64,000 bases of DNA. Source: Azolla caroliniana (taxonomy: Eukaryota; Plantae; Polypodiophyta). How positions within the stretch are numbered: position 1 is the first letter of the stretch; each line of letters opens with the position of its first letter. Position numbers and translations under genes: made by a program. This document shows, piece after piece, positions 38,037 through 49,857 of the stretch. Where the stretch lies: positions 3,410,001 through 3,474,000 of the forward strand of contig JBHGNT010000014.1 in NCBI GenBank assembly GCA_043228905.1, in the 5' to 3' direction. The notes below the pieces were generated by a model. That model was given only the letters and a program-made list of their open reading frames with translations, made no database searches and was not told the DNA's origin.

Positions 38037-41000
38037 TGTTGGGAAACAAGGTCGTCTATGCGGAAGATCAAGAAGCATTCGATTGCTGTTAAGTACCTGC
38101 GTATGACAGTTTCTAGGTCGTTGCACAGAGAGAGAGAGAGAGAGACACACAAAAGACTCTTTATTCCACAAAGCAATAATACAACACCCCAACCTTGCAA
38201 GAAGGTTACAAGGTCACTATATATAGTGACCGACTTAGGGCAACTACCATTTATGCTAATTACACAAATGGCCCGAAGGGATAGTGTGAATACGTCCATT
38301 ATACACTTGTATTCAACACTCCCCCGTAATGGGCGTATACATGGGTTATCTAAGATTACAGGTATAAACTTAGGTTCTCGGACATATCAGTTTTTGTTCG
38401 AGTCGGCAGGGTCCGAAGGCAGAAGACCGAACTGGTCGGGTCGGAAGAGTTGAAGCCGATCATTAAGGAACTGATGTCGGTTGTCGGAAACCATCCTGCG
38501 CTGTGTCCGGCTCTAACCGGACTGGTTTGTCGTTACGCCCATCTGATGCCGAAGAGACCGAAAGCGGTCTGCCGAAAGACACTTGGTCATTCCATCTGCG
38601 ACATTGTCGGTTGTGGATATTTTCTCTAGACCGATTTTCCCTGAGATGACGCAGTCCCGAACGAAGTGATATCGAACGTCGATATGTTTGGAGGCGTTGT
38701 GGTGAACCGGATTTTTCGACAGGGCAACAGCACCTTGACTGTCGCTATAGACAACTGGGGCCGAGTCATGATCGACTTGCCGAAACGTGTGCGCCAACCG
38801 ACCGAGCCATAAGGCTTCTTTTGCTGCGTCGGACGCAGCTACATATTCTGCTTCGGTCGTTGAGGTCGCTGTGCACTCCTGAAGTTTCGACTTCCACGAA
38901 ATTGCTCCATTGCCGAATTTGAAGCAGTATCCGGTTGTTGATTTCCGACTGTCTATACAGCCGGCGAAGTCCGAGTCGGTGTAACCGACTACGCCTGAGG
39001 TTCGGTTCGGACCGAAGAGAATGCCGTGGTCTTTTGTGCCAGCCAGATATCTGAACACATGCTTGACTGCGTTCCAATGCGATCGGCCGGGATTGTGCAT
39101 AAATCTGCTAACGACTCCTACGGCGTGAGAAATATCAGGTCGTGTCGCGACCATCAGGTACATAAGGGAGCCGACTGCCGGTGCATACGGTACCGACTTC
39201 ATATCTTCCCCCTCCGGGCCGGATGTCGGGCAGTCTCGCTGAGAGAGCCGAAGATTCATGGGGAGCGGGGTTGAAGCAGATTTGGCTGATTGCATGTTGA
39301 AGCGTTCCAAGATACGTCGGATATAGTCGGTCTGAGACAAAAAAAGATGTCGTTTATCGCGATGCCGACTAATCTTCATGCCGAGTATGTGTCGTGCCGG
39401 ACCGAGGTCCTTCATGGCAAACTTCAACCGCAGTTGCCGAATGAGATCGGCAAGTTCGCCCGCGTGGCGTCCAGAAATTAGCATGTCGTCCACGTAAATG
39501 ATGAGGAAGATGGGTGATCCATCTTGAGCTGTGTTGGTGAAGAGACAATGGTCCTCATCGCTTTTTGAGAAGCCGATCGATTGGATGAAGTCGTCGAACT
39601 TCTTGTACCATTGTCGTGGTGCCTGTTTGAGGCCGTATAGACTCTTCCTGAGTCGGCAGACTAGATGTTCTTGGCCAGTAGCAACGAAGCCTTTTGGCTG
39701 CTCCATATAAATTTCCTCTTCAAGATCACCATGGAGTAATGCTGTTTTGACATCTAGCTGAATCAGCTCCAGGTTGTCGGCTGCCACTACGCCGAGTAGA
39801 AAACGAAGGGTTGTCATTTTCACCACTGGTGAAAAAATCTCGTCGAAGTCGACGCCATATTCTTGTCGGAAGCCCTTCGCAACTAATCTGGCCTTGTACT
39901 TTGGGGTGGTCGAATCAGACGTCTCTTTTAGTCGATAAACCCACTTGCAAGGAAGAGCACGTCGGTTCCTAGGTAGTTCGACCAGATCCCAAGTCTTGTT
40001 TACCCGAATGGAGTGCATTTCCGACTCCATCGCCAGATGCCAGGTGGCTGAATCGACAGATGTCGATGCTTCTTCGTAAGACGTCGGTTCGCCGGCGTCG
40101 GTGAAGAAAATTCCAGGAGAATACCTCTCCGGAGGTTGCGACAGTCTCTCGGATCGTCGAGGTATGATTGGACTGGTCGCATCGGGTATCGAGGTCGGAT
40201 GGTCCGAAAGCGGATTGTTCTGTTGTGCCGAGTCGGGATTGTCCGAGTCGGTAGTGTAAGGTTCAGCTACCCATGAAGCTGACCGTGTGTTAAGAGCGGG
40301 GCCTTCTTGAAGGGTCGGCACATCGGAAAATGTTACCCTTCGGACTTCGATCGGTTTTTCGACTGATGGATTCATAGCCGACTCGTTGAACACAACGTCC
40401 GAACTTCGGACGATTTGTCTGCGTTCGGGATCCCAGAGTCGGTATCCCATTTCGCCGTCGGATCCATATCCGAGGAAAATGCATTTCCTGGACCGAGGTG
40501 CAAGTTTTCGGCGATCATCTTTCGGAATAAGGGCGTACGCCTCGCATCCGAAGATCCTCAGCTTGTCGTAATTCGGCTTACTGCCGATCCATAGTTCCTG
40601 AGGAATTTGAAGTCCTAGAGGTCTACTTGGCGACATATTGATTATGTGTACTGCCGTGAGTAGAGCCTCTGCCCAGAAGCCATCCGACAGTCCGGAGTGT
40701 TGGAGCATGGAAACTATCCGTTCTTGGATTGTGCGATTCATTCGTTCTGCAATCCCGTTTTGCTCCGGACTGTGTGGTGCCGTAAATTCACGTCGGATGC
40801 CGCGTTGTCGGCAGAATTTGACGAATTCTTCGGATTTGAACTCTCCCCCATTGTCTGTCCGAAAGCATTTCAGCTTTCGGTCGGTTTGATTTTCTACCAT
40901 AGCGAGCCAATCGGAGAAGATCGAGAAGACACGATCTTTGGTGCGAATTGGATAAGCCCACACCTTTCGAGTCGAATCGTCAATAAAACTGACGAAGTAA

Positions 41001-43506
41001 GAGGCACCGCCTAGAGACTGATGCGGCATTGGGCCACAGACGTCCGAATGGACTAAATCGAGAGGTCTCGTTTCTCTTGGTGCTGATGTCGGGTGTGATG
41101 CGGCTGCTTGTTTGCCATACTGACAATGCTCGCAGAATTGATGGTCGGAGAAGGAGAGTTTGGGGATGTATCCGGCTCTAGATAGATGCGTAATGCCGGC
41201 CTTGCTGAGGTGTCCTAATCTGCGGTGCCATAGTGATGACACAGGAATATCCACCAAAAACAGGTTACCCTCTCTGAGCGTAACATGTAACGGATACAGT
41301 GAGTGTATCTTGGGTCCTCTAGCAAGCAGGAGGTTCCCCCTGTGGAGTGTCCACCCTCCCGAAGAAAAACCGGCACGAATGCCGTCTTCATCTAGTTGTC
41401 CGACTGAGATCAATGGCCTTGAGAGCTCGGGTACATGTCGGACATTGTGAAGTACAAGTGTAGAGCCACCTGCAAGGTTGAGCTCTACTGTGCCGATTCC
41501 GATGATGTCACAGTGTTGTGAGTTGCCGACTCGAACTGAGTCGGAGTGACGGATCGTATATTGCCGAAATTGGGATCGATGAGGAGTCACGTGAAATGAC
41601 GCACCCGAATCCAAGAGCCATGTGCTCGATTCTTCAGTCGTGAGCAGAACTTCTGAGCCGACTGGATTTTCGATTGATAGTATATTCGGGTCGTTTGGTA
41701 GCACATCAGCTGAGAAGCTGACGTAATTGATCTCCTCATGCCGGCCACTCTTCTTGTTGTTCTTGTTCTTGAGTGCGCGGCAGTCGGCTTTGATGTGTCC
41801 GGGTTTCTTGCAATAGTTGCAGATTCGGTTATCCCGTGACTGGCTCCGTCTTCGCTGATTGTTCGGCGGTCGTGAGGAATCTCTTCCTCGTATGTTCGAT
41901 CGGTCTGTCGAACCTTGTACTACGTAAGCGTCGTCTGTTGAGTCTTTGGCGAAAGACTTTCTCCGAGCTGCTTCGGTCAGGATTGCGCTCGTGACTTCGG
42001 AGTATTTAACAGCCGTGGTTGACGCGTTGCACACGGTTGTGACGAAAGTTTCCCATGATGAGGGAAGGCTACTCATGAGTATCATTGCTCTGAGTTCATC
42101 CTCGATTGCCGTCCCCTGAGATGAGATTTGGGAGCTTATGCTTTCGTACTCATTGAGGTGTGCTTGAACCGAATCGGATTCTTTCATCCGCAAGTTGTAG
42201 AGGCGCCGGATCAGAAACATCTTCGTTGCGGCGACCTTCTTTTCGTAAGTGTCCGACAGTGTTTTCCACAGTTCGAATGTTGTCGTACACGATTGCACCG
42301 TAAAGTATACCGATTCCGATAGGTGCATCCGAATCGTGGCGCGGACGATTCTGTCCAGCTTCTGCCACTCAATTGGTTTGTATCCTTCTGGAGGTTCTTC
42401 ATTTTCGATGGGATCGATTTGCCCCTTGACTATGAGATAGTCCTGCATTTGTTCCTTCCAGAAGTTGAAGTTCGATCCATCGAACTTGCGTAGACTCATT
42501 TCTGACGAGCCGGATGTTGATGCCATCAAATTTGGTTTCGGTTGACGGAGCTCGGTTCGGAGTTGACTACGAACCTTGTTGGAGTGCAGCCGGTTGGCTC
42601 ACCCGATATCGTTCTAGTCGGATTTGAACCCGAGTCGGTTCGGTTTCGGATATATGTATTGTTGAACTTGCTCGAATTGACTCCGGTAACTTGAGGGACA
42701 GAACCGACTGGTCTTCCCGAATGGTTCCGAGTCGGAGTGAGCCCGGTTCACTTCGGATATATATACCGAATACCGATTATTGAAGCCGATTGTCTGGACC
42801 GATTCTGCTTCGGGTGGCTGCAGCGACGAGAGAGACAGATCCAACTGATCCTCCCGAATGTCGATCAGCCGGATGAAGCACGAATTGGGGTTGTTGTCTT
42901 GAGACCGATCTGCACCGAGTGGTTACAATGAGCGGCGAGCAGCGTTTGATGACCTCTTCGGATGCCGTTTAACCGAGTGGAGCACGATCGTGTCAATGTT
43001 GCACAAGGGGGATTTCACCTCGAGTGGTTACGATCACAAGGAACAGAGTACAACCTGCCGGCTTACTCCAAGTGAAGATGATCTAACGCGATGAGGTGCA
43101 ATCCTCGTTTTTTTTTTTTCTTCTTCTCTCTTCGAATGACGCAGGAAACCGAATACTGTGCAGGCTGAGACGACGGCCGACAGCGGATTGAAGGACCGAA
43201 TATTGTGCAGGCTCTGATACCAGATGTTGGGAAACAAGGTCGTCTATGCGGAAGATCAAGAAGCATTCGATTGCTGTTAAGTACCTGCGTATGACAGTTT
43301 CTAGGTCGTTGCACAGAGAGAGAGAGAGAGACACACACAAAAGACTCTTTATTCCACAAAGCAATAATACAACACCCCAACCTTGCAAGAAGGTTACAAG
43401 GTCACTATATATAGTGACCGACTTAGGGCAACTACCATTTATGCTAATTACACAAATGGCCCGAAGGGATAGTGTGAATACGTCCATTATACACTTGTAT
43501 TCGACA
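38037..43506 (-). mobile_element. Intact Ty1/copia element G (Tnt1/Tork-like)
   Basis: 282-bp LTRs 38037-38318 and 43225-43506 with about 2 differences; TSD GGGAC; Met PBS 43211-43222; PPT 38319-38325. Confidence 0.96.
38513..42529 (-). CDS. Copia Gag-Pol polyprotein, 1338 aa, uninterrupted
   Basis: CNYCKKPGHIKADC, LLDSGASFH, HSDVCGP, DNGGEF, YVDD, YTDSDFAG, KHIDVRYHF. Confidence 0.95.
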   Translation of the reverse strand: MMASTSGSSEMSLRKFDGSNFNFWKEQMQDYLIVKGQIDPIENEEPPEGYKPIEWQKLDRIVRATIRMHLSESVYFTVQSCTTTFELWKTLSDTYEKKVAATKMFLIRRLYNLRMKESDSVQAHLNEYESISSQISSQGTAIEDELRAMILMSSLPSSWETFVTTVCNASTTAVKYSEVTSAILTEAARRKSFAKDSTDDAYVVQGSTDRSNIRGRDSSRPPNNQRRRSQSRDNRICNYCKKPGHIKADCRALKNKNNKKSGRHEEINYVSFSADVLPNDPNILSIENPVGSEVLLTTEESSTWLLDSGASFHVTPHRSQFRQYTIRHSDSVRVGNSQHCDIIGIGTVELNLAGGSTLVLHNVRHVPELSRPLISVGQLDEDGIRAGFSSGGWTLHRGNLLLARGPKIHSLYPLHVTLREGNLFLVDIPVSSLWHRRLGHLSKAGITHLSRAGYIPKLSFSDHQFCEHCQYGKQAAASHPTSAPRETRPLDLVHSDVCGPMPHQSLGGASYFVSFIDDSTRKVWAYPIRTKDRVFSIFSDWLAMVENQTDRKLKCFRTDNGGEFKSEEFVKFCRQRGIRREFTAPHSPEQNGIAERMNRTIQERIVSMLQHSGLSDGFWAEALLTAVHIINMSPSRPLGLQIPQELWIGSKPNYDKLRIFGCEAYALIPKDDRRKLAPRSRKCIFLGYGSDGEMGYRLWDPERRQIVRSSDVVFNESAMNPSVEKPIEVRRVTFSDVPTLQEGPALNTRSASWVAEPYTTDSDNPDSAQQNNPLSDHPTSIPDATSPIIPRRSERLSQPPERYSPGIFFTDAGEPTSYEEASTSVDSATWHLAMESEMHSIRVNKTWDLVELPRNRRALPCKWVYRLKETSDSTTPKYKARLVAKGFRQEYGVDFDEIFSPVVKMTTLRFLLGVVAADNLELIQLDVKTALLHGDLEEEIYMEQPKGFVATGQEHLVCRLRKSLYGLKQAPRQWYKKFDDFIQSIGFSKSDEDHCLFTNTAQDGSPIFLIIYVDDMLISGRHAGELADLIRQLRLKFAMKDLGPARHILGMKISRHRDKRHLFLSQTDYIRRILERFNMQSAKSASTPLPMNLRLSQRDCPTSGPEGEDMKSVPYAPAVGSLMYLMVATRPDISHAVGVVSRFMHNPGRSHWNAVKHVFRYLAGTKDHGILFGPNRTSGVVGYTDSDFAGCIDSRKSTTGYCFKFGNGAISWKSKLQECTATSTTEAEYVAASDAAKEALWLGRLAHTFRQVDHDSAPVVYSDSQGAVALSKNPVHHNASKHIDVRYHFVRDCVISGKIGLEKISTTDNVADGMTKCLSADRFRSLRHQMGVTTNQSG

Positions 43507-46500
43507 GGGACTTCCTGATACTCCTCCTGTACGTGGATGACATGTTGATCGTCGGACAAGACCAAGGAAAAATACGGATGCTGAAGAAGGCTCTCAACCG
43601 AACCTTCTCAATGAAAGACCTGGGTCCGGCAAGACAGATGTTGGGGATGCACATCTTTGGGGACCGGTCAGTGAAGCTACTATGGCTGTCACAGGAGAAG
43701 TATGTGACAAAGGTGCTTCACCGGTTCAACATGTCAGATGCAAAACCGGTCGGATCGACACTTCCGGCAAACTGCAAGTTGTCCGGCAAGCAAAGCCCAA
43801 AGACAAAAGGAGAGAAGGCAGATATGATGAAGATTCCATATGCCTCTACCGTCGGGAGCTTGATGTACGCAATGGTTTGTACCCGACCGGACATTGGATA
43901 CGCAGTCGGAGTGGTGAGCCGGTTCATGAGTAATCCCGGCAAGGAGCATTGGAACGCGGTCAAGTGGATACTCCGGTATTTGAAGGGCACTCCAAATATG
44001 TGTCTCCGATTCGGCACCGGAAAACCTCAACTGGACGGTTTCACCGATTCGGACATGTCGGCTGATGTGGATACAAGCCAGCCGGTCTACATCCGGGTAT
44101 GTGATGACATATGCAGGGGGAGATGTCTCGTGGCAGTCGAGGCTGCAGAAGACGGTTGCATTGTCAACCACAGAGGCGGAGTACATGGCGGCTGTGGAAG
44201 CCGGAAAGGAAATATTATGGATGAAGGACTTCATCGGGGAGCTCGGTATCCGGCAAGAGGAATACCGACTCTACTACGACAGTCAAAGTGCCATCCACCT
44301 TGCTAAGAATGCGGCCTACCATTCCCGGACAAAGCATATCCAGCGGAGGTATCACTGGATCCGGGAAAGGGTAGATGACCAGGAGTTCACATTGGCGAAG
44401 ATCCACACGGCCGAGAACGGGTCAGATATGCTGACCAAAGTGCTGACACCCGACAAGCTGGACGCATGCCGGAAGAGGATCGGGCTGGAAAGACACCCCA
44501 TGCCGGAGTGAAGGGCGAGTTTGTTGGTAGACAGGTCCCTCCGGATGGTGCAGGCCCGGTATGAACCGGATGAGGAGAACCCGACTTCGGAGAGTCGGAT
44601 GGTGCAAGCCCGGTATGAACCGGATGAGGAGTACCCGACTTCTGGGAGAGTCGGATGGTGCAGGCCCGGTATGAACCGGATGAGGAGAACCCGACTTCTG
44701 GGAGAGTCGGATGGTGCAGGCCCGGTATGAACCGGATGAGGAGTACCCGACTGTGGAGAGTCGGATGGAGCCCATCGAGGCTACATTTGTAAATAGCCGA
44801 AAAGTCATATTAGTATAAATATGACTTAGGGCAAACTTTTAGTATGTGTTGTCATTCTTGTTGGTAATCCTTCCTTGTTGGTGCAAGAAGAAATCAGAGC
44901 GCGTAACTGTACAGAGAGACAGAGAGAGAGAGAGAGAGAGAGTTGAGGTCGTTGCCTCTGTTGTAACCGCCGCCTATGGCGAAGATCTGAGAGCACGAGG
45001 TCGTTGCCTCGGTGATCTCATTGTTGTATATTTCTACATAGTGACAGTTTGCAGCTTGTGGGCTGCCGTGGTTTTTCCCCTATTTTGGGGTTTTCCACGT
45101 ATACCTCCTGTGTACCATTTCTCCTCTTTTGTGTCGCGTTTCATTACCTGTTTTTCTGTGTATGAAAAGAATCTCGGTTGTGGCCGAGCGTCGGACATAA
45201 GGAACGTCGAGTTCTCAATAATTTTCCCCGGTAGTAAAGATGACCTCCATCTGGACGGTGTTGAGTATAGCGGCAAGCATGGACCTCGAGGTAGAGCAGT
45301 TGGACGTGAAGACGACATTCCTTCACGGCGACCTCGAAGAGGAGATCTACATGCAGTAACCGGAAGGATTCGTGGAGAAAGGGATGGAGCACCTGGTATG
45401 CCAGTTGAAGAAGAGCATGTACGGACTGAAGCAGGCTCCCCGACAATGGTACCGGAAGTTCGACTCCTTCATGACCGATCAAGGGTACCACAAGATGGAG
45501 GCCGATCATTGCGTGTTTGTGAAGAAGTTCGAAGGAGGCGACTTCCTGATACTCCTTCTGTTCGTGGATGAAATGTTGATTGTCGAACAAGACCAAGCCA
45601 AAATACGGATGCTTAAGAAGGCTCTCAACCGGACCTTCTCAATGAAAGACTTGGGTCCGGCAAGATAGATCTTGGGGATGCATATTATCCGGAACCGGTC
45701 AATGAAGCAATTGTGGCTGTCACAGGAGAAGTACGTGACAAAGTTGCTTCAGCGGTTCAACATGTCAGATGTGAAACCGGTCAGATCGACACTTCCGGCA
45801 AACTGTAGATTATCCGGTAAGCAAAGCCTGAAGATGAAGGCAAAGAAGGCTGATATGATGAAGGTTCCATATGCCTCTACCATCGGGAGCTTAAAGATGA
45901 ATATCGGCTCTATTGCGACAGTCAAAGTGCCATCCACCTTGTTAAGAATGCGGCCTACCATTCCCGGACGAAGCATATCCAACGAAGGTATCACTGGATC
46001 CGTGAAAGAGTAGATGACCAGGAGTTCGCGCTGACAAAGATCCACACGGCCGAGAACGGGTCAGATATGCTGACCAAAGTACTGATACTCGACAAGTTGG
46101 ATGCATGCCGGAAGCGGATCGGACTAGTAAGACATCCCATGCCGGAGTGAAGGGGGAGTTTGTTAGGAAACAGGTCCCTCCGGATGGGAAGTGAGAAGAA
46201 CAGTGTTGATGAGATACCCGACTACGGAAGACCCAGTGATAACCGAATGACGAGTACCCGGTGAAGACCCGGTGAGAACCGGATGTGGAGTACCCGGCTA
46301 CAGAAGACCCGGTGGGAACCGGATGACGTGTGCCCGGCAAGTGCCGGATGATGCAGGCCCGGTGAGGAGTGCTCACCGGATGAAGGGACATATTTGTAAA
46401 TATGTTTCTGAGAGTCCATCGGGGCTATATTTGTAAATAGCCAAAAAGTCATATTAGTATAAATATGACTTAGGGCAAACTTAGTATGTGTTGTTGTCAT

Positions 46501-49500
46501 TCTTGTTGGTGCAAGACTAGAGAGCGCGTAACAGTGTACAGAGAGAGAGAGAGGAAGAGGTCGTTGCCTTTGTTGTAACAGCCGCCTGTGGTGAAGATCA
46601 TGAGCACGAGGTTGTTGCCTCCGTGAGCTCACTGTTGTAATCATAGTGATATAGTGATAGTTTGGAGTCTGTGGACTCCCGTGGTTTTTCCCTCTCAGGG
46701 TTTTCCACGTTAAAAATCCTGTGTACTCTTCTCTCCTTTGTGTCGTGCGTTCATTATCCGTTTTCTGTGTTTGATTTTAGACTCGGTTGTGGCCGAGCGT
46801 TGTTCATCGGGAGCGTGTAGTTCCTGACAACTTGAGGGGGAGAACGGGCAAAGACACCGGAACGGGCAAAGGCAAAGAAATTGTCGACTGCGCCTGTGAG
46901 GAAGAACCGACAAAGGGAGAGACAAGAAAAAGAAAGGAGCCAAGTCAACAAAGGAAGTTTACACATCCGAACAAGTCGGAACAAGCGGCAGAGTCAAGAA
47001 GGACAGAGTCGACCGGAAGAAGAAGGCCAAGACCCAGACATGGTCCGATGTGGTGAAGGGCTTGGAACCGGAAGACGAATCGGGAGCGACCGATTCGGAC
47101 AAGAGTTGGAACTAGTGGGAGACAGCCGATCCGGTTCAACAAATGGATTCAGAAGCTCCGGTTCAAGTGATGGCCAAGCAGACGAGAAGGCAGTGGAAGT
47201 CGACGCCAACACGAAAGAACCTGAGGGTCGACAAGCGCCGGAGTCACAGCAGCGAGGGAGCTGAATTGGGCATGTTGAGCAGACAAGCCGACCGAGGAGG
47301 TCGAGACGCGCAAAACCAGAGGGGGCGCGGCAAAAGGGACCGGACCGAACGAGGAGCGCGAGCATGGCGAACTGACGCCAGAAGGAGCCGGGTGGAAGGA
47401 CTGGCTGCCATGGAGACTTACACTACGATCCAACCTCAAGTTGAGCTTGAGGGGGAGTGTTGAGCGGCAAACTCAACTGGATCCGGATCGGTTGAATAAG
47501 CCTGAGCCGGATCGGCATCCGGAAGGATGAGCTGGATCGGTGAGCCGGTGAGCTGGTTAGCCGGATCAAGCAGTAACCGGAAGCCTAGTAGCAGCCTAGA
47601 CTACTAGGTAGTTAGTGTCTCGTAGTTTGAAGTACACTGTACTTCTGTCAGTCCGCTCACGACTTGTATGAATAGTGTTGTTGAGCACATTGGATGTACA
47701 GAGGTTGAGTGTTAATTTTTTGAATAGATTTTTATGTTCTGCTCTTTCTCTATCTCTCCCGCGTATTGTGTATATTCAAGCTCTCCATTAAACCTGCGTT
47801 TCTATTTTCGGTTTTCTATTGCTTCCGCACGCTATTCTTTTTACACATATGATAAGATTATAATATATATGAAATAAGAAAGGAGAGAGAGAAAGAAGGG
47901 TGTCGATCCACCCGACCACTCCCGAGCAAAGGGATCGAGACGGACTTGAGCCTCGATCAGCGTCCCATACCACCACCATGGCATCGAGTCGTACCTGGTG
48001 CTAGCGCGCTCGCTACAAGAGTTGGCCCACCACGAAACAGAGTCTCGACATAGTCAAGAGATGATGAAATGAGGGTAGCTAGGCCTCATATTTATAGCGA
48101 TACCCAAGGCCCCCATGCAAGTTCACACTTGGCCTACTGGGTTGTCTCAATCTCGAGGATTAAAAGTAATCCTCCCCTTCTTTACACTCTCGTTTAACCC
48201 TCACACTTATCCACGTGTATAGAATACTACGGTAAATTCTCACCATGGGATATTATATGGTCATGCCCATAAGAGGAATGCAGTCCCGAAGCACCTTGTT
48301 CATTGCATTCATTATATGTGCAACCAAATTCCTCACTCCTTGTGGTAGCGTACACATCCAAACTAATCCTACCAGTGTCCGCATTGTAGTGATATCTCAG
48401 CTATCCATGGCTAGTTGAAATTGGTCATATCCAGAGTAGAGGTCTCCGATAGAGAATATCACGTCCAACAAACGCTTCCGCAAATTCATCCACTATTGGA
48501 CCGACTCCGGAGTTCCGGATCGTGACCTTGTTCACCGTTTGCAAATCTTGAATGAATCGGAGTGACCCATTCTTCTTCGGAACCATAAACCATCAATTTG
48601 AGTACGGAGCATTTGATGACTCTAGAATCTCTATCGCCACCTTTTCCTTGAGGAAGTCAATGATTTTCGAAATATGCACCCATGGCACCGGAATCGGCTT
48701 CAGGTTCCACGACACATGTTCAATCGTGACGATCACCGTTGGCTCCACTATCTTCGAATCAATGCACATATCTCTCTTGATGTGAATGCAAATGCTTTTC
48801 CATGTTGCTCCAACTGTCATGATTTAGCATGGTATGGCTTTAAAAGGATTTGAATCCATGACCTTGTGGCACATGGGCAAAAACCTTACCATTAAACTAT
48901 ACATTGTAATACAAAAAATATTATTTCCATTTATTATTTCACTTAGGAAATCCATGTATATTCTAGATTTCTCATGGTATGGCTTCAAAAGTATTTGAAC
49001 CCATGAACTTGTGGCACATAGGCGGAAGCCTTACAATTAAACTATACATTATAATACAAAGAATATTATTTCCATTTATTATTTCACTTAGGAAATCCAT
49101 GTATATTCTAGATTTCTCTAGCACATTTTAGAAATGTCACTATAAAAAGAGGCACATGGCATTATCGAGAACCAAATCAGTTCAACGCCAGTCTTAAGCC
49201 TCCTAGCTATCCTTGTATATTCTTTTCACATAATATACCCTTTTGTTATCATCATTTCCTCTCTCTCTCTCTCTCTCTCTCTCCTTTTTCTCAACTGTTC
49301 TACACCCCCTTTTCCTCTTAGTACTAATCTTCATCTCTTAGTACTAATTCCCTCTCTGTTTCAGTACTATTCTTGATAGTTAGAACTGATTTCCCTTCCT
49401 TCTTCTTACTCCTCCCTCCCTTCATACTAATCCTCTAATGCCTCCTTTCTCTAATACTATGGCCACTATTAGCGCTCAAAAATATCAATCCGTTTTCTCG

Positions 49501-49734
49501 GAGTTGCAATTCTTGAAAGAAAAGTTTCTTGCATTGGAACAAAAAAATCAACGAATGGTGGGGGATCTTCAACAAATCTCCTTTGAAAAGCAGCAGATAC
49601 AACAACACGGGGAACTAGTGTTACGCATGCAACAACTTGAAGCAACCATTGTAGCGTTGCAACAACAAGGACCAAGTATGCAAGGGATTCATAAAGAACC
49701 CAAGATCTGCCTTCCTATGAAGTTCGATGGAACG

Positions 49735-49780
49735 TGTAAAGAATCAAGAGATGGATTCTTGTGAAGCGGAATAGGTGTGA

Positions 49781-49857
<77 letters not shown>

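Larger units (their letters stand above)
35114..44511 (+). pseudogene. Copia F gag-pol, split by G at 38037-43506
   Basis: Long open PR-INT-RT frame 35904-38036 resumes at 43512 (LLYVDD) and runs through RNaseH to 44511; gag deletion and frameshifts present. Confidence 0.9.
34389..45220 (+). mobile_element. Ty1/copia element F (D/E family), young, interrupted by G
   Basis: LTRs 34389-35083 and 44522-45220; TSD ATTTT; PBS 35086-35097. Confidence 0.93.
21527..46160 (+). mobile_element. Ty1/copia element E (D family); 5' LTR 21527-22357, no own 3' LTR
   Basis: LTR plus PBS 22361-22372; internal domain at 22388-23947, 33326-34388 and 45226-46150. Confidence 0.8.
18095..46829 (+). mobile_element. 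Ty1/copia element D (second family), inserted at the end of B pol
   Basis: LTRs 18095-18800 and 46161-46829; flanks ACTTT/ACTTG (4/5 TSD); PBS 18804-18815; PPT GAAGGGGGAG. Confidence 0.85.
13764..47845 (+). mobile_element. Ty1/copia element B (relative of A), host of D/E/C/F/G
   Basis: LTRs 13764-14199 and 47458-47845; TSD CATAT on both sides; PBS 14200-14211; PPT GAGGGGGAG before 47458. Confidence 0.92.
12262..48274 (-). mobile_element. LTR-derived non-coding element with 113-bp inverted termini (native length ~1.9 kb, expanded by nested insertions)
   Basis: TSD GGAAT at 12257-12261 and 48275-48279; 12262-12374 is the reverse complement of 48162-48274; an LTR (13734-13763 + 47851-48274) is followed on the minus strand by a Met PBS at 13720-13731. 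Confidence 0.8.

Noticed and set aside
38037-38453. C-terminal extension of the 849-aa ORF (35904-38453)
   Set aside because: It is read-through from F pol into the antisense LTR of G and not a real domain.
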